64,000 bases of DNA from an uncultured bacterium (GCA_963843795.1 CAWJLW010000006.1:2926375-2990374); one strand, 5' to 3'. Counted from the first letter of the stretch, positions 45,166 to 55,853 are shown. The notes: generated by a model from the sequence alone, not told the origin. Translations and numbers: made by a program.

Positions 45166-46065
45166 TTAAAATGGCGTGTCCATAATTTTCAGCATGGCCG
45201 GGCCTAAAATCACGATGAACAAGGCGGGAAAGATGCAGAAGACCAGAGGGAAAATCATTTTGATGGGCGCTTTTTGCGCTTGTTCGCGCGCACGTTGCGA
45301 ACGTTTTTCGCGCAACCGTTCGGATTGAACGCGCAAAACATTGGCGATTGGCAAACCCAGAGTTTCGGCTTGCACCAGCGAAGTGAGAAACGTCGTCAAA
45401 TCATTAATATCCAGACGACGCGCCATGTCACGCAATGACTCTGCCTGACTGCGGCCCAGATGAATTTCTTGCATGGTGCGCGTAAATTCTTCGCTGAGCG
45501 AGTTGGGAAAACGGCTCGCAACGCGCGCGATGGCAGCGGCTAAACCCAGACCGGCCTCGACCGAAACCGTGATGAGGTCGATCATATCGGGCAGCGCGAG
45601 TTGAATTTCGGTCTGGCGTTGGCGCGTTCGAATCGATAGCCAGAGGTCGGGAATTCTAAAACCGTAAAAGCCGCCCACCAACATCGTGAGCACGTAACCC
45701 CACCATGGAATTTGAGTTTGATAAATCTGAGCCAGAACCGGAACTGCAGCTAAAAAGACGAAACAAAAACTGACCATGCTTAGCCATTTCAGGAACGCAA
45801 ACTGCGTTGCCTTGAGGCCGTAAGGAAAGCCGGCGCGCAGCAACCGCCCGCGAATCTCATCGATTTGAATGTTCGATAACGTGCCCGCAACGTAAGCGCC
45901 GCCCGCCTGCACGAAATGCCGCGCGACGCGCGCGACAAAGGTGCCTTCCCGCCGCGATTTGGCCGTCGAAGCGCGCCGCTTCTTAAAGATACTGCGATTG
46001 CTGCCGTCGCGGTAACGATCCACTAAATCGAGGCGATCAACAGCTCTTGGTTCAGTTTGCGCCAT
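45166..46065 (-). CDS. tadC: Tad pilus assembly protein TadC (T2SS-F domain)
   Basis: 'LPDMIDLITVSVEAGLG', 'AREQAQKAPIKMIFPLVFCIFPALFIVILGPA'. Confidence 0.9.
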   Translation of the reverse strand: MAQTEPRAVDRLDLVDRYRDGSNRSIFKKRRASTAKSRREGTFVARVARHFVQAGGAYVAGTLSNIQIDEIRGRLLRAGFPYGLKATQFAFLKWLSMVSFCFVFLAAVPVLAQIYQTQIPWWGYVLTMLVGGFYGFRIPDLWLSIRTRQRQTEIQLALPDMIDLITVSVEAGLGLAAAIARVASRFPNSLSEEFTRTMQEIHLGRSQAESLRDMARRLDINDLTTFLTSLVQAETLGLPIANVLRVQSERLREKRSQRAREQAQKAPIKMIFPLVFCIFPALFIVILGPAMLKIMDTPF

Positions 46066-46139
46066 AATTTTCCCTTTGCTTCACCCTGCAATTACTTGCA
46101 GGGCCTTCCCACTTTCAACCGCGCTTCCCAATTGCGCTT

Positions 46140-47186
46140 TTAAACTTTGATGGTGACAATTTTCATAATCCACGCCATTCCGATAGCTTGAATAAACAAT
46201 CCGGCACCGAGCATTAGGTGGCCGCGCGTATCGGCGAGCAGCGGCTCGATGAAGCTGGGATCGTAGGGCGAGGTGAGGCGCGAGCTAATGTGAATGAGCA
46301 GACCTAAAATAATTGGCAGCAAACCCAGAACAGCGCCCGTCAAGCGGCCTTGCGCCGTCAAGGTGCGAATTTCGCCACGAATCACCATGCGTTCAGCGAT
46401 GACGCGCGCGATGACATCGAGAATTTCGGCCAAAGCGCCGCCGGTTTCCCGCTGGATATTGACGGCAGTGACCATCAAATCCAAGTCGGGCGAATTGATG
46501 CGTTCGGCCAAACTATCAAGCGCTTGCGAAATGGGAACGCCCAAGGCGATTTCCTGCGAAACACCTTGAAATTCGCGTCCGATGGGGAAGGGTGCTTCAC
46601 GGGCGATCATTTCCAGAGATTGCATGAACGAAAAACCGGCGCGCAGCGAGTTCGACATCAACATCAGCGTATCCGATAATTGCTCATCGAAACGCCGAAA
46701 ATAGCGCGTGCGCAAGATTTTGGCATACCACCACGGCAGCGGAATGCACAGCACAGCCGGAATCAGGCTCCACCAACCGATGCCCGCCCACGTCCCGATC
46801 AGTAGCACAACGAGACCGGCCAGCAGAGCAGCGACGATCATATCGCTGGCGCGCCACAGCGAGTCGATTTGCTGCAACCTTAAATCCAGCACGCGCACGG
46901 CTTCGATGCCCTGTGAGGCGTTATCGACCGAGCGCAACATTTTGTGACGCTCTTTCTTGGCGACGACGGCACGCTGTTCCTCATCGCGCGCGAATTTGCG
47001 CTGCAATTCGGCTTCGAGTTCCTCGTCCAGTCCCATCGCCATCAGCGAACCGCGCTGCTCGCGCATACGCTGCAATTTGACTACAGGATTGTTGTGTTTG
47101 GCCTCGTGCGCTTCTTTGATGCCAAGAGCCAGCATCACCACGCCAACGATAGCGAAAAACACCAGAACATAAATCAGATATTCCAT
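46140..47186 (-). CDS. tadB: Tad pilus assembly protein TadB
   Basis: 'FDEQL..MSNSLRAGFS', 'IQRETGGALAEIL', 'TLTAQGR'. Confidence 0.9.
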   Translation of the reverse strand: MEYLIYVLVFFAIVGVVMLALGIKEAHEAKHNNPVVKLQRMREQRGSLMAMGLDEELEAELQRKFARDEEQRAVVAKKERHKMLRSVDNASQGIEAVRVLDLRLQQIDSLWRASDMIVAALLAGLVVLLIGTWAGIGWWSLIPAVLCIPLPWWYAKILRTRYFRRFDEQLSDTLMLMSNSLRAGFSFMQSLEMIAREAPFPIGREFQGVSQEIALGVPISQALDSLAERINSPDLDLMVTAVNIQRETGGALAEILDVIARVIAERMVIRGEIRTLTAQGRLTGAVLGLLPIILGLLIHISSRLTSPYDPSFIEPLLADTRGHLMLGAGLFIQAIGMAWIMKIVTIKV

Positions 47187-47211
47187 GAGAAGCGTCGGGA
47201 ATTAAAAATGC

Positions 47212-47244
47212 GTCTGCAAGTACTTGCGGCAAGTACTTGCAGAC
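47212..47244. repeat. Tandem pair of GCAAGTACTTGC forming a 33-bp palindrome
   Basis: GTCT-GCAAGTACTTGC-G-GCAAGTACTTGC-AGAC. Confidence 0.9.
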
Positions 47245-47282
47245 ACTTGTAACATCATTGGGAGATCAGGGCAGCTTGAATT

Positions 47283-49613
47283 TTAACGACGACCGCGCAT
47301 CGGCGTAACATTTTGCAAGTGTTTAGGTTGGAACAGATCGGGCGGCAGTTTCACACCCGAACGTTGAATCGCTTCGTCGTTTTTGGGGCGCATTCCGGTG
47401 GCTTGCAGCGCGCCATGAATTTTACCAGCGTCATCGATATATTCTTGCTCGAAGCGAAAAATATCTTGCATTGTAATCACGTCGCCTTCCATGCCGGTAA
47501 TTTCCGTGACATAGGTGATGCGGCGCGAACCGTCTTTCATGCGATCTTGATGCACAATCAGATGAATCGCCATCGCGATTTGCTCGCGAATCGCGCGGAT
47601 GGGCAAATCAAAACCGCTCATCAAAACCATCGTTTCCAAACGCTTGAGCATATCGCGCGGCGCGTTCGAGTGACCGGTTGTCAAACTGCCGTCGTGTCCC
47701 GTGTTCATCGCCTGCAACATATCCAGAGCTTCGGCGCCACGGCATTCGCCAATTACAATGCGGTCGGGACGCATACGCAGCGCATTACGCACCAGGTCGC
47801 GAATCGTGACCGTGCCAACGCCTTCGACGTTGGGTGGGCGCGTTTCCAAACGCACCACGTGATCTTGCCGCATCTGCAATTCCGCCGCGTCTTCAATTGT
47901 TACGATGCGCTCGGTGGAAGGAATAAAGCCCGACAAAACGTTCAAGGTCGTAGTTTTGCCACTGCCGGTGCCGCCCGAAATCAAGATATTCAAACGCGCT
48001 TCAACGCACGCTTGCAAGAACTGCGCGGATTCGCGCGTGAGTGAACCGAAGTTGATTAAATCGGTCATTGTAAACGGATCGCGCGCGAATTTGCGAATCG
48101 TAATTGTCGGCCCGCCCAAACTTAAGGGAGGAATGACGGCATTAACGCGGCTACCATCGCGCAAACGCGCATCGACCATCGGCGATTTTTCATCAACGCG
48201 GCGACCCAACGGCGCCACGATGCGATCAAGTACTTGCAGCACATGTTTATTGTCGCGAAAGCGCAGCGCGGTCAATTCAAGCTTGCCCTTGCGTTCGGCG
48301 TAAATCTGGTGCGGCCCGTTCACCATGACTTCATCGACATCGGGATCAGCCAATAATGGCTCGATAGGGCCAAGCCCGATAATTTCGTTGATTAAATCGG
48401 TAATTAAAGCTGCGCGTTCAGCGCGCGTCAGGGCGATGCGCTCTTCGCCGATGACATCATTAATCATGTCTTCGACCTGCGAGCGCAATTGATCGGGATT
48501 GGCAGTGGCGGCGCGCGAATCGAGATTTTGCAGCAATTTTTGCTGGATGCGTTCGCGCAGTTGGGCATAGGGCTGCGTCACATTTTTCTGCTCGCCCTGC
48601 CGACGCAACGATTCGAACGGATTACCGCTACCTTTTTCAACTGTTAACGAAGGCCGGCTCGAAAGCGGTGCCATTTTGGCGCGCACGCGCGCGCCACCGG
48701 GCAAGGGTCGGTCGAGAAGCGGAACTTTGGTGTCGATGCGTCCGCGCACTAGGTCGGCGACGCGGCGAATCAGCATCAGCACATGATCGTCATCGCGAAA
48801 CGAAACCGGCGTCTGCTCGATCTGCCCCAGACGTTCGACTTGCACGTCTTGAGCGTTATTAATGAGAATTTTGCCCAGTGCCGGGTCGTCAAGATATGAC
48901 GTGATCGGGCCGAAATCCATCACTTCAGCGACAAATTCTTTGAGCATCCAGGCGCGCTCGGCGTTTTCCAACACCATATCGTGCGCGGCGAGAGCGCCCT
49001 CGATCGCGTTTTGCAGTGCCTCGGTGACTGCGGGGCGCGCGGGGTTTTGCAGCAATCGCGGATCAATCGCGCTGAGAACGTCATCGAAAATCAAATGCTT
49101 CCACTCGAAACGCTCGCGCAAAACGCGGTCGGTTTCCGAAAGCGAAGCCAGCGCGGTTTCGCTGTTTTCCGCGTAAGTATTGAATTCGCCGCGCTTCACT
49201 AAAGGAGGTAAATCGTCATCGTCCTCATCTTCGTAAGCCGCGGCAGTGCCCACCAGAAAATTGCCTCCCAGTTGCATTTCGTGGTCGCTATCGCCGATTT
49301 CGCTATCGTCGATTTCGCTGTTGTCAATTTCGTTATCGTCGTAATCGGTGATTTGGCCCTGACCCAATGCGATTCCGTTGCCGTTACCATTGGCGCGTTC
49401 GCCACTCATGGGTGCGACGAATTTTTCGCGCAAAGTGGCCGAAGTGCCGTCGTAATCGACTTCGGCCTGCTCGTAGGCGTCGGACTCGCCCGATCTGAGG
49501 CCGCTCGTGTCATCGCCATCGGCATCGCTGTTGGCGTTTTCGTCACTGGCATCGACATTGATGAGCGCGGCATCTTTATCGCGCACACTATTAAGACGGG
49601 ATAACAAAGACAT
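47283..49613 (-). CDS. tadA: CpaF/TadA pilus ATPase with acidic extension and duplicated N-terminal domain
   Basis: GGTGSGKTT, 'IEDAAEL', '[16 protein letters not shown]', 'AMNTGHDG'; ATG 49613 with GGAGG RBS. Confidence 0.92.
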   Translation of the reverse strand: MSLLSRLNSVRDKDAALINVDASDENANSDADGDDTSGLRSGESDAYEQAEVDYDGTSATLREKFVAPMSGERANGNGNGIALGQGQITDYDDNEIDNSEIDDSEIGDSDHEMQLGGNFLVGTAAAYEDEDDDDLPPLVKRGEFNTYAENSETALASLSETDRVLRERFEWKHLIFDDVLSAIDPRLLQNPARPAVTEALQNAIEGALAAHDMVLENAERAWMLKEFVAEVMDFGPITSYLDDPALGKILINNAQDVQVERLGQIEQTPVSFRDDDHVLMLIRRVADLVRGRIDTKVPLLDRPLPGGARVRAKMAPLSSRPSLTVEKGSGNPFESLRRQGEQKNVTQPYAQLRERIQQKLLQNLDSRAATANPDQLRSQVEDMINDVIGEERIALTRAERAALITDLINEIIGLGPIEPLLADPDVDEVMVNGPHQIYAERKGKLELTALRFRDNKHVLQVLDRIVAPLGRRVDEKSPMVDARLRDGSRVNAVIPPLSLGGPTITIRKFARDPFTMTDLINFGSLTRESAQFLQACVEARLNILISGGTGSGKTTTLNVLSGFIPSTERIVTIEDAAELQMRQDHVVRLETRPPNVEGVGTVTIRDLVRNALRMRPDRIVIGECRGAEALDMLQAMNTGHDGSLTTGHSNAPRDMLKRLETMVLMSGFDLPIRAIREQIAMAIHLIVHQDRMKDGSRRITYVTEITGMEGDVITMQDIFRFEQEYIDDAGKIHGALQATGMRPKNDEAIQRSGVKLPPDLFQPKHLQNVTPMRGRR

Positions 49614-49898
49614 CAACAACCTCCAAGCAAACAGCAAACAAACACTTTTCCAGACCAATCGAAATGATTTTCGTTGCTTTCAACGACCGACAAACTGCGA
49701 GTGTTTGAAAGACAAAATTTTTCTTTTCCAAGCTCATTGTAAATCATAATCATTGAAAAACAAAGTCTCGTACGGCTTCTCAAATTCTCAAACTAACCTC
49801 GCACAACTTTTGCCTTTCTCCAGCCATTGCCGCAAGTACTTGCCACTGACTTTTTAATGTCCTGCTCTATAAAAGATAACTATCGAAGTCAATCACGA

Positions 49899-51380
49899 TT
49901 ATTGAGTCGGCACATTTTTCTCGCGTGCTGCTAATATCAACGCACTTTTGCGCTCGTGAAGTGCCAATAGCAAGCCTGCCGGATAAGCGTGCGGATTTAA
50001 GACGCGTTTGATTGTGCCATGAAAACCGTCCAAATTGTGCAACACGCGCGCACGAGCTACCGATACTGGCTCACTTTCATGAATAGCAGCCCCGCCATTC
50101 CAAAATGGCTGCAACAAATCGCGCTCTTGCACCTGGTTTCGTTCAACGGTCACACGTCGCATCGCATCATCAGGATGCACAATTTTCACGCTTCGGGCTT
50201 GCGCCGATTCGAGCACTAAATCCTTATCAATATCATAAATAGCGTCTGCGACATTTTTGCCATCGCGCATATACCGTCTTACTTGTAAACGTCCCGGCGT
50301 CGAAGTTTTAATGGTTTGCTCGGATAACTTTAAGCGCGGCTGCCACACATTGTTTTCATCGCGCACAGCAGATAATTTATACACACCGCCCAACGCGCTC
50401 TGCTCGCCGCCGGTCACCAGATGTGTGCCGACGCCCCAAACATCAATGCGTGCGCCCTGACTTTTCAAATTTTCAATGACATGTTCTTCCAAATCGTTCG
50501 ACGCAACAATTTTTGCGGTTTCAAAGCCCGCATGGTCTAACAATTGGCGCGCATGAATCGAAAGATAAGCCAGATCACCCGAATCCAGACGAATGCCCGC
50601 CAACTCGTGTCCATCGGCGCGCAGTTCGTGGCCTACTTCAATCGCGTGGCGCACGCCTTCCAGCGTATCGTAAGTATCGACCAAGAAAGTACAATTGTTA
50701 GGCAAAGCTCTAGCATAAGCGCGAAACGCTTCCAATTCGTCGTTGAACAGCATCACCCACGAATGTGCGTGGGTGCCGCGACAGGGGATTTGATAAGTTT
50801 TGCCTGCCAAAACGTTCGATGTCGCCGCACAGCCACCGATATAGGCCGCGCGCGAAGCGGTCAACGCGCCATCCAAACCCTGCGCGCGCCGCGCCCCGAA
50901 TTCCAGAACCGGCCCAGCGCCCGCCGCCAGGCAAACGCGCGCAGCTTTAGTCGCAATTAAGGTGCTGAAATTCATCAATGTCAACAAAGCAGTCTCTATC
51001 AACTGGCATTGTAAAACCGGCCCGCAAACTCGTAATAAAGGCTGATGACCGAAAACAATTTCGCCTTCTGCAACTGCAGAAATTTCTAAATTCAAACGCA
51101 ACGCTTGCAAAAACTGCAAGAATTCTTTATCGAATAGAGGCTTGTTGTCTGCGCCTTCAAGCGTCGCTAAATACGCGCAATCATCGGCGCTAAAACTGAA
51201 ATTCTCCAACCATTCGCGCACCAAACCTTGTCCACACGCAACGGCGAAACCGCCCCCAAACGGCAAAGTGCGAAAACTTTGATGAAAACAGGTCGGCTGC
51301 TCGTGCAGACCATTTTTCCAATAGCCATAAGCCATTGTCAATTGATATAAATCGTTGTGCAGCGCGCTGCTTTCCATCAT
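49899..51380 (-). CDS. pncB: Nicotinate phosphoribosyltransferase
   Basis: 'DLYQLTM', 'EFGARRA', 'GTHAHSW', 'LVDTYD', 'IRLDSGDL', 'GVYKL'. Confidence 0.95.
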   Translation of the reverse strand: MMESSALHNDLYQLTMAYGYWKNGLHEQPTCFHQSFRTLPFGGGFAVACGQGLVREWLENFSFSADDCAYLATLEGADNKPLFDKEFLQFLQALRLNLEISAVAEGEIVFGHQPLLRVCGPVLQCQLIETALLTLMNFSTLIATKAARVCLAAGAGPVLEFGARRAQGLDGALTASRAAYIGGCAATSNVLAGKTYQIPCRGTHAHSWVMLFNDELEAFRAYARALPNNCTFLVDTYDTLEGVRHAIEVGHELRADGHELAGIRLDSGDLAYLSIHARQLLDHAGFETAKIVASNDLEEHVIENLKSQGARIDVWGVGTHLVTGGEQSALGGVYKLSAVRDENNVWQPRLKLSEQTIKTSTPGRLQVRRYMRDGKNVADAIYDIDKDLVLESAQARSVKIVHPDDAMRRVTVERNQVQERDLLQPFWNGGAAIHESEPVSVARARVLHNLDGFHGTIKRVLNPHAYPAGLLLALHERKSALILAAREKNVPTQ

Positions 51381-51447
51381 AAGTTTGCCTTCAAATTTCT
51401 CTGCAAGTACTTGCCAGACCTTCTTGCCACTCAGTCACAATACGCAA

Positions 51448-52050
51448 TCACACAATTAGAACGCCCGCTGCGCGCATTTCTTCTATCGCGCGTTCACTAT
51501 CGCCGCTCTGTAAATCAACGCCGCGACACGCCGCGCGCATCAAACAAGTATCAAAGCCCAATTGTTCCGCGTCCAGAGCCGTCGCCTTGACACAATAATC
51601 AGTCGCCAGCCCGCAAATCGTCACTTCGCCCACATTTTGCTCTTGCAAAAACTGAAACAAACCGGTTTGGTGCTGATGATCGTTATCGAAGAATCCTGAA
51701 TACGAATCGACTTCAGGCAATTCGCCTTTGTGAATGATTCGCGCGAATTTTTCTGTTTGCAAATCCGGATGAAATTCGGCGCCATCACTATATTGCACGC
51801 AGTGAGTGGGCCATAAAACTTGCGGTTTTCCGTTCAATTCGATGACATCGCCGACATTTTTGCCCGCGTGATTGGCCGCAAACGAGAGATGATCTCGAGG
51901 ATGCCAATCTTGTGTGGCAACAACTAAATCGTAATCCTCGATTGCCGCGTTAATCAAAGGCACAACAGCATCGCCGTCGTGCACCGCTAGAGCGCCACCG
52001 GGACAAAAGTCGTTCTGGACATCAACTACAATTAAAGCTCGTTTTATCAT
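51448..52050 (-). CDS. pncA: Nicotinamidase/pyrazinamidase
   Basis: 'VDVQNDFCPGGAL', 'QDWHP', 'WPTHC', 'GLATDYCV'; GGAGG RBS. Confidence 0.95.
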   Translation of the reverse strand: MIKRALIVVDVQNDFCPGGALAVHDGDAVVPLINAAIEDYDLVVATQDWHPRDHLSFAANHAGKNVGDVIELNGKPQVLWPTHCVQYSDGAEFHPDLQTEKFARIIHKGELPEVDSYSGFFDNDHQHQTGLFQFLQEQNVGEVTICGLATDYCVKATALDAEQLGFDTCLMRAACRGVDLQSGDSERAIEEMRAAGVLIV

Positions 52051-52140
52051 AGAATCCTCCAACGCACATTGCAGATTAACACACGCTGTGAAAAATTTCA
52101 CAGAATTCGCTGTGGTAGCGCCGCGCTACACTGTAAGATT

Positions 52141-53646
52141 ATGAAAAATAGTGTGGAAATGGAACGAGGCACAGCGATTTTCGCTTCGATTTATGCTAAT
52201 TTGGAGCCGCGCGAGCTGTGGCGTCACTTCGCGATGTTGAACGCAATTCCACGCGTTTCGGGACGCGAGGCGAGGGCGCGCGATTACGTTTTGCAGCTTG
52301 CCAGCGACGCCGGTGCCCAAAGCGCGGTCGATGGCGCGGGCAACGTCGTGGTGCGCGTGGCAAGTACTTGCCCCAACGAAAATGCGCCCGTTGTAACTCT
52401 GCAAAGCCATCTCGATATGGTGCCGGAAAATCGGCCCGACGTGACGCATAGTTGGGAGCGCGATGCCATTCAGCCGCGCCTCGTCGGGGACAAAATTTAC
52501 GGTAGCGGCACAACTTTGGGCGCAGATAATGGCATTGGCGCAGCAATGATGATGGCTTTCCTCACTTCGCCCGATTTGACACATGGCCCGCTCGAACTGC
52601 TGTGGACGGTGCAGGAAGAAACCGGTTTGACCGGCGCACAAAATTTGGATGGCGACTTGTTGCGCGGCACCATGCTGCTGAATTTGGACACCGAAGATCC
52701 CAACGAAATTATCATCGGCTGCGCTGGCGGACGCGATGTAACGATTCAATCTCCGGTGGCGCGCGAAAAGATGCCACCCGATTGGGTCGCTTACGAAATT
52801 TCTATCGGCGGGCTAGCGGGCGGACATTCCGGCATTCAAATCACGGAAAAGTTGGCCAACGCCATTAAATTATTGGCGGACGCGCTGCAAAAAGGAATGG
52901 AAACCGGCGGCGATTGGCGTCTGGCCGAAATCAGCGGAGGCAACGCGCGCAACGCTATTCCACGCGATGCGCGCGCACTTATTGCGCTTCCCGAAGCACA
53001 AGCCGCGGAATGGAAACTTGCGCTGGAAACTTACGGCAAGTACTTGCAGCAGCAATGGCAGCCGCACGAAACACCAACACTGAAATTTCAGATCAGCGAA
53101 AAAGCAGCCCCAGAAATTTCACCGTTATCATCGCAAAGCGGCGCGCGCATCGTTGCACTATTGCGCGCTCTGCCGCACGGTGTATTGAGTTGGAGCGAAG
53201 TGGTCGAGGGCAAGCCGCAAACGTCGTGCAATCTGGCAACGATTGAAACGATAGAACAACAGATAGAGATTCATCTCAGTGGTCGTTCTTTTAATGACGT
53301 TGCGTTGGAAGAATGGCAAAACGAAATATGCTCACAAGCGGCTTTGTATTCGGCTCAGTGTCGGAACAGCGGTGGCTATACCGGTTGGGAACCCGCAGCG
53401 GAGTCGCCACTTTTGCTAAGCGCCGCTCGCGTTTATCAAGAATTTTACGGTCGTGAGCCACAAATCGAAATTGTGCATGCCGGTCTCGAATGCGGCTTGA
53501 TTTTGGCCAAATATCCGCAAATGCAAGCGATTTCGTTCGGCCCGCTGATTCGAGCGCCGCACACACCGGAAGAATATGTTGAAATTCCTAGCGTCGACGA
53601 CAGTTGGCAATTTTTACTCGCATTGCTGCGCAAATTAGCTTCGTAA
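52141..53646 (+). CDS. pepD: Aminoacyl-histidine dipeptidase (M20C)
   Basis: 'QSHLDMV', 'TTLGADNGIG', 'EETGL', 'GGHSG', 'HAGLECG', 'HTPEE'. Start uncertain (52141 or 52159). Confidence 0.9.
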   Translation: MKNSVEMERGTAIFASIYANLEPRELWRHFAMLNAIPRVSGREARARDYVLQLASDAGAQSAVDGAGNVVVRVASTCPNENAPVVTLQSHLDMVPENRPDVTHSWERDAIQPRLVGDKIYGSGTTLGADNGIGAAMMMAFLTSPDLTHGPLELLWTVQEETGLTGAQNLDGDLLRGTMLLNLDTEDPNEIIIGCAGGRDVTIQSPVAREKMPPDWVAYEISIGGLAGGHSGIQITEKLANAIKLLADALQKGMETGGDWRLAEISGGNARNAIPRDARALIALPEAQAAEWKLALETYGKYLQQQWQPHETPTLKFQISEKAAPEISPLSSQSGARIVALLRALPHGVLSWSEVVEGKPQTSCNLATIETIEQQIEIHLSGRSFNDVALEEWQNEICSQAALYSAQCRNSGGYTGWEPAAESPLLLSAARVYQEFYGREPQIEIVHAGLECGLILAKYPQMQAISFGPLIRAPHTPEEYVEIPSVDDSWQFLLALLRKLAS

Positions 53647-53700
53647 AATCAGTGTGCAAGTACTTGCACGATTATCTGATGATAGGCACTTAAGAAAAAA

Positions 53701-53736
53701 CAAAAGCGCGCTGCAAGTATTTGCAGCGCGCTTTTG
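53701..53736. repeat. 36-bp palindrome (1 mismatch) on a GCAAGTATTTGC variant; probable terminator
   Basis: CAAAAGCGCGCTGCAAGT|ATTTGCAGCGCGCTTTTG; a second 16-bp copy GTGCAAGTACTTGCAC lies at 53654-53669. Confidence 0.85.
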
Positions 53737-53749
53737 GCATCAAGATAAT

Positions 53750-54451
53750 TCAGTTTGCTTCCGGCGGCGCGTCCGGCGAACCGGCGGGCGCAACCACGAT
53801 GTCGATATTATCTTTATCGCCGATCACAAAAGCTGCATAGCGCTTGCTATTTTCAAGAGTCGCGGGCGTTTCCTTCAACAATTTATCCTCAACGCGAACT
53901 TGAATCGAAGCCGTGCCAGCATTTAATGAAGCCATCCGATTCTTGCCAAACTCCAAATCTTTGACCAAGCTGCGCGTTTTATTCGCACCGCGTTCGGAAG
54001 GTGTAGTGATTTGCACAACGGGCGCACCCGGCACCAGATGATACATACGCAGCGAAGCTTTATCTTCTTTAAGCTTGCCAGTTACTTCATTTTTCCACAT
54101 AAAATCTGGTTTGCCTTCAATCATGATGGCAGCCAACACATACGATTTATCGCGCGTGCCGGTTTTTTTCGCTTCGGCCAGAGTTTCGGCCGTGCCCGCT
54201 TTCTTAATGGCAAAAGTGCGCGCTCCCGAAGGCAGCGCTAGATAATTGCTTAATGTTCCGAAACCGACGTTCTCTATTTTTTTGCCGCCATCAACATAAA
54301 CATCGACATTACCGCCACCTTTGATCGCATGCAAAATGCGCACATAAGCGGTGCCGCGCACACGAGGCGTTGTAGTTTTCGCAGGTTTTTCGGCTGGCGT
54401 CTTGGCATCTATCTGGTTGCGCAAAAGCAATCGCGGGCAAAGCAGAACCAC
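53750..54451 (-). CDS. DUF4397 domain protein; signal-peptide region appears frameshifted
   Basis: 'VRILHA....VDVYVDG' and 'LRMYHLVPGAP.V' repeats; signal-like pieces upstream lie in different frames. Confidence 0.7.
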   Translation of the reverse strand: MVLLCPRLLLRNQIDAKTPAEKPAKTTTPRVRGTAYVRILHAIKGGGNVDVYVDGGKKIENVGFGTLSNYLALPSGARTFAIKKAGTAETLAEAKKTGTRDKSYVLAAIMIEGKPDFMWKNEVTGKLKEDKASLRMYHLVPGAPVVQITTPSERGANKTRSLVKDLEFGKNRMASLNAGTASIQVRVEDKLLKETPATLENSKRYAAFVIGDKDNIDIVVAPAGSPDAPPEAN

Positions 54452-54627
54452 ACCCGCAACAATTTTGATACAGCGCGACTATCGGCGAACAACATTTCCA
54501 TTTCCTTTTTGCACTTGTCAAATTGTGCAGGTAAAATTTATGTCCTCTTATCATACACGGTAGTTGCCTCATTTGTCATTTATCGTCAAGAAGATTTTTT
54601 GGGATTTCCGCCGAATTACTCAGGAAT

Positions 54628-55767
54628 TCATAGCGTATAAACTACGCCGCAGAGTAATTTGTAGTGCGATATTAGCGAATGCGCCAGCGCGCAATGGGGC
54701 CACCTAACTGCACCGTGAAAAGAGATTTTCCATCGGGCGAAAAGCACAAATTCTGCAATTGCAAATTGAATGCTGCTTTTCAAAGTGCGCTGTAATCTCC
54801 CTGGTATCAGCATCGTAAAGACAAACTTTTGATGGGCGCCAAGCAATAGCCAACAAATTTTCGGTCGGTGAAAATTGTATGGTGCCGGATAAGCCTAATT
54901 CATAAAGCGGAAAACCCGATTTGTTTGGAGCCAATAACACTCGTAATTTGTGGCCACTGTTCGCATCCCACAGTTGAATTTCGATGGCATTCGTATTGCC
55001 GACAACAATGCCTCCATTTTTAGAGAATGCAATTTCAGATTGGCTATGATATTTGTGTTCCAGAGAGCGCAGTAGCTTACCATTTCGCCGCATCCCACAA
55101 GCGCACATCTCGCCCGTAAATGCTTTCAGATTTCCGCTAATAGTGCGGGGTTTGCTGAACAAAACACTCGGTTCTTTCTCGTTGACACTCGCCATCATCG
55201 ATCCCATCGGGGGAAAGTTCAACATGGCGAAGTTCTTCTGAGAACGTAAATCAAACTGTCTCACAACTTTGCCGGAATTTGCATCAAGAACAAAACAGAT
55301 TCGCCAATTCCAAAGATTTGGTTTGTCTCAGCCCGCCATACCAGCTTTTTGATAGGAAGGCCCTTTAAACCAAACTGCAGGAATAGTGATACGACGACGA
55401 ACTTTTCCACTCTGAACATCATAAAAATTCAGGTAAGTGACGGGATACGTTTTGCTGAGAGCGACACAAATTTGCACGATTTGCTGACTATCAGGAGAAA
55501 AACATATCGAGCCAAATTGCTTCTTCATTGACACTGATTTGCGTTGCTTTCCCGTTTGCGTATCAAGCAGCACTAGTGTACGGTTGCCCAAATTGACGAA
55601 TCGCCAAGAGTTTTCCATCTGGCGAAATTTCCATACTGTGAAAATTTCTACCTCGATAAATCACCTGCGGTATCCAAGAACGTTGCTCGCGCAGCAAACC
55701 AGCCCAAGCCAAGTGGCAACACCAGCAACAAAAGCCATTTCAAATTGCGCTTCCATTTATTGCCCAT
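54628..55767 (-). pseudogene. Frameshifted WD40-repeat membrane-anchored protein (pseudogene or assembly error)
   Basis: Fragments in different frames: TM 'KWLLLLVLPLGLGWFAAR', 'ICFSPDSQQI', 'IAFSKNG..IQLWDANSG', 'IQFSPTENLLA..LYDADT'. Confidence 0.6.
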
Positions 55768-55853
55768 AATCCCAAAACCGTGCTGCAAGTACTTGCGCCG
55801 CATTTTACAGCCAAAACACGCGCTGCAAGTACTTGCAGCGGGACACAAACGAC

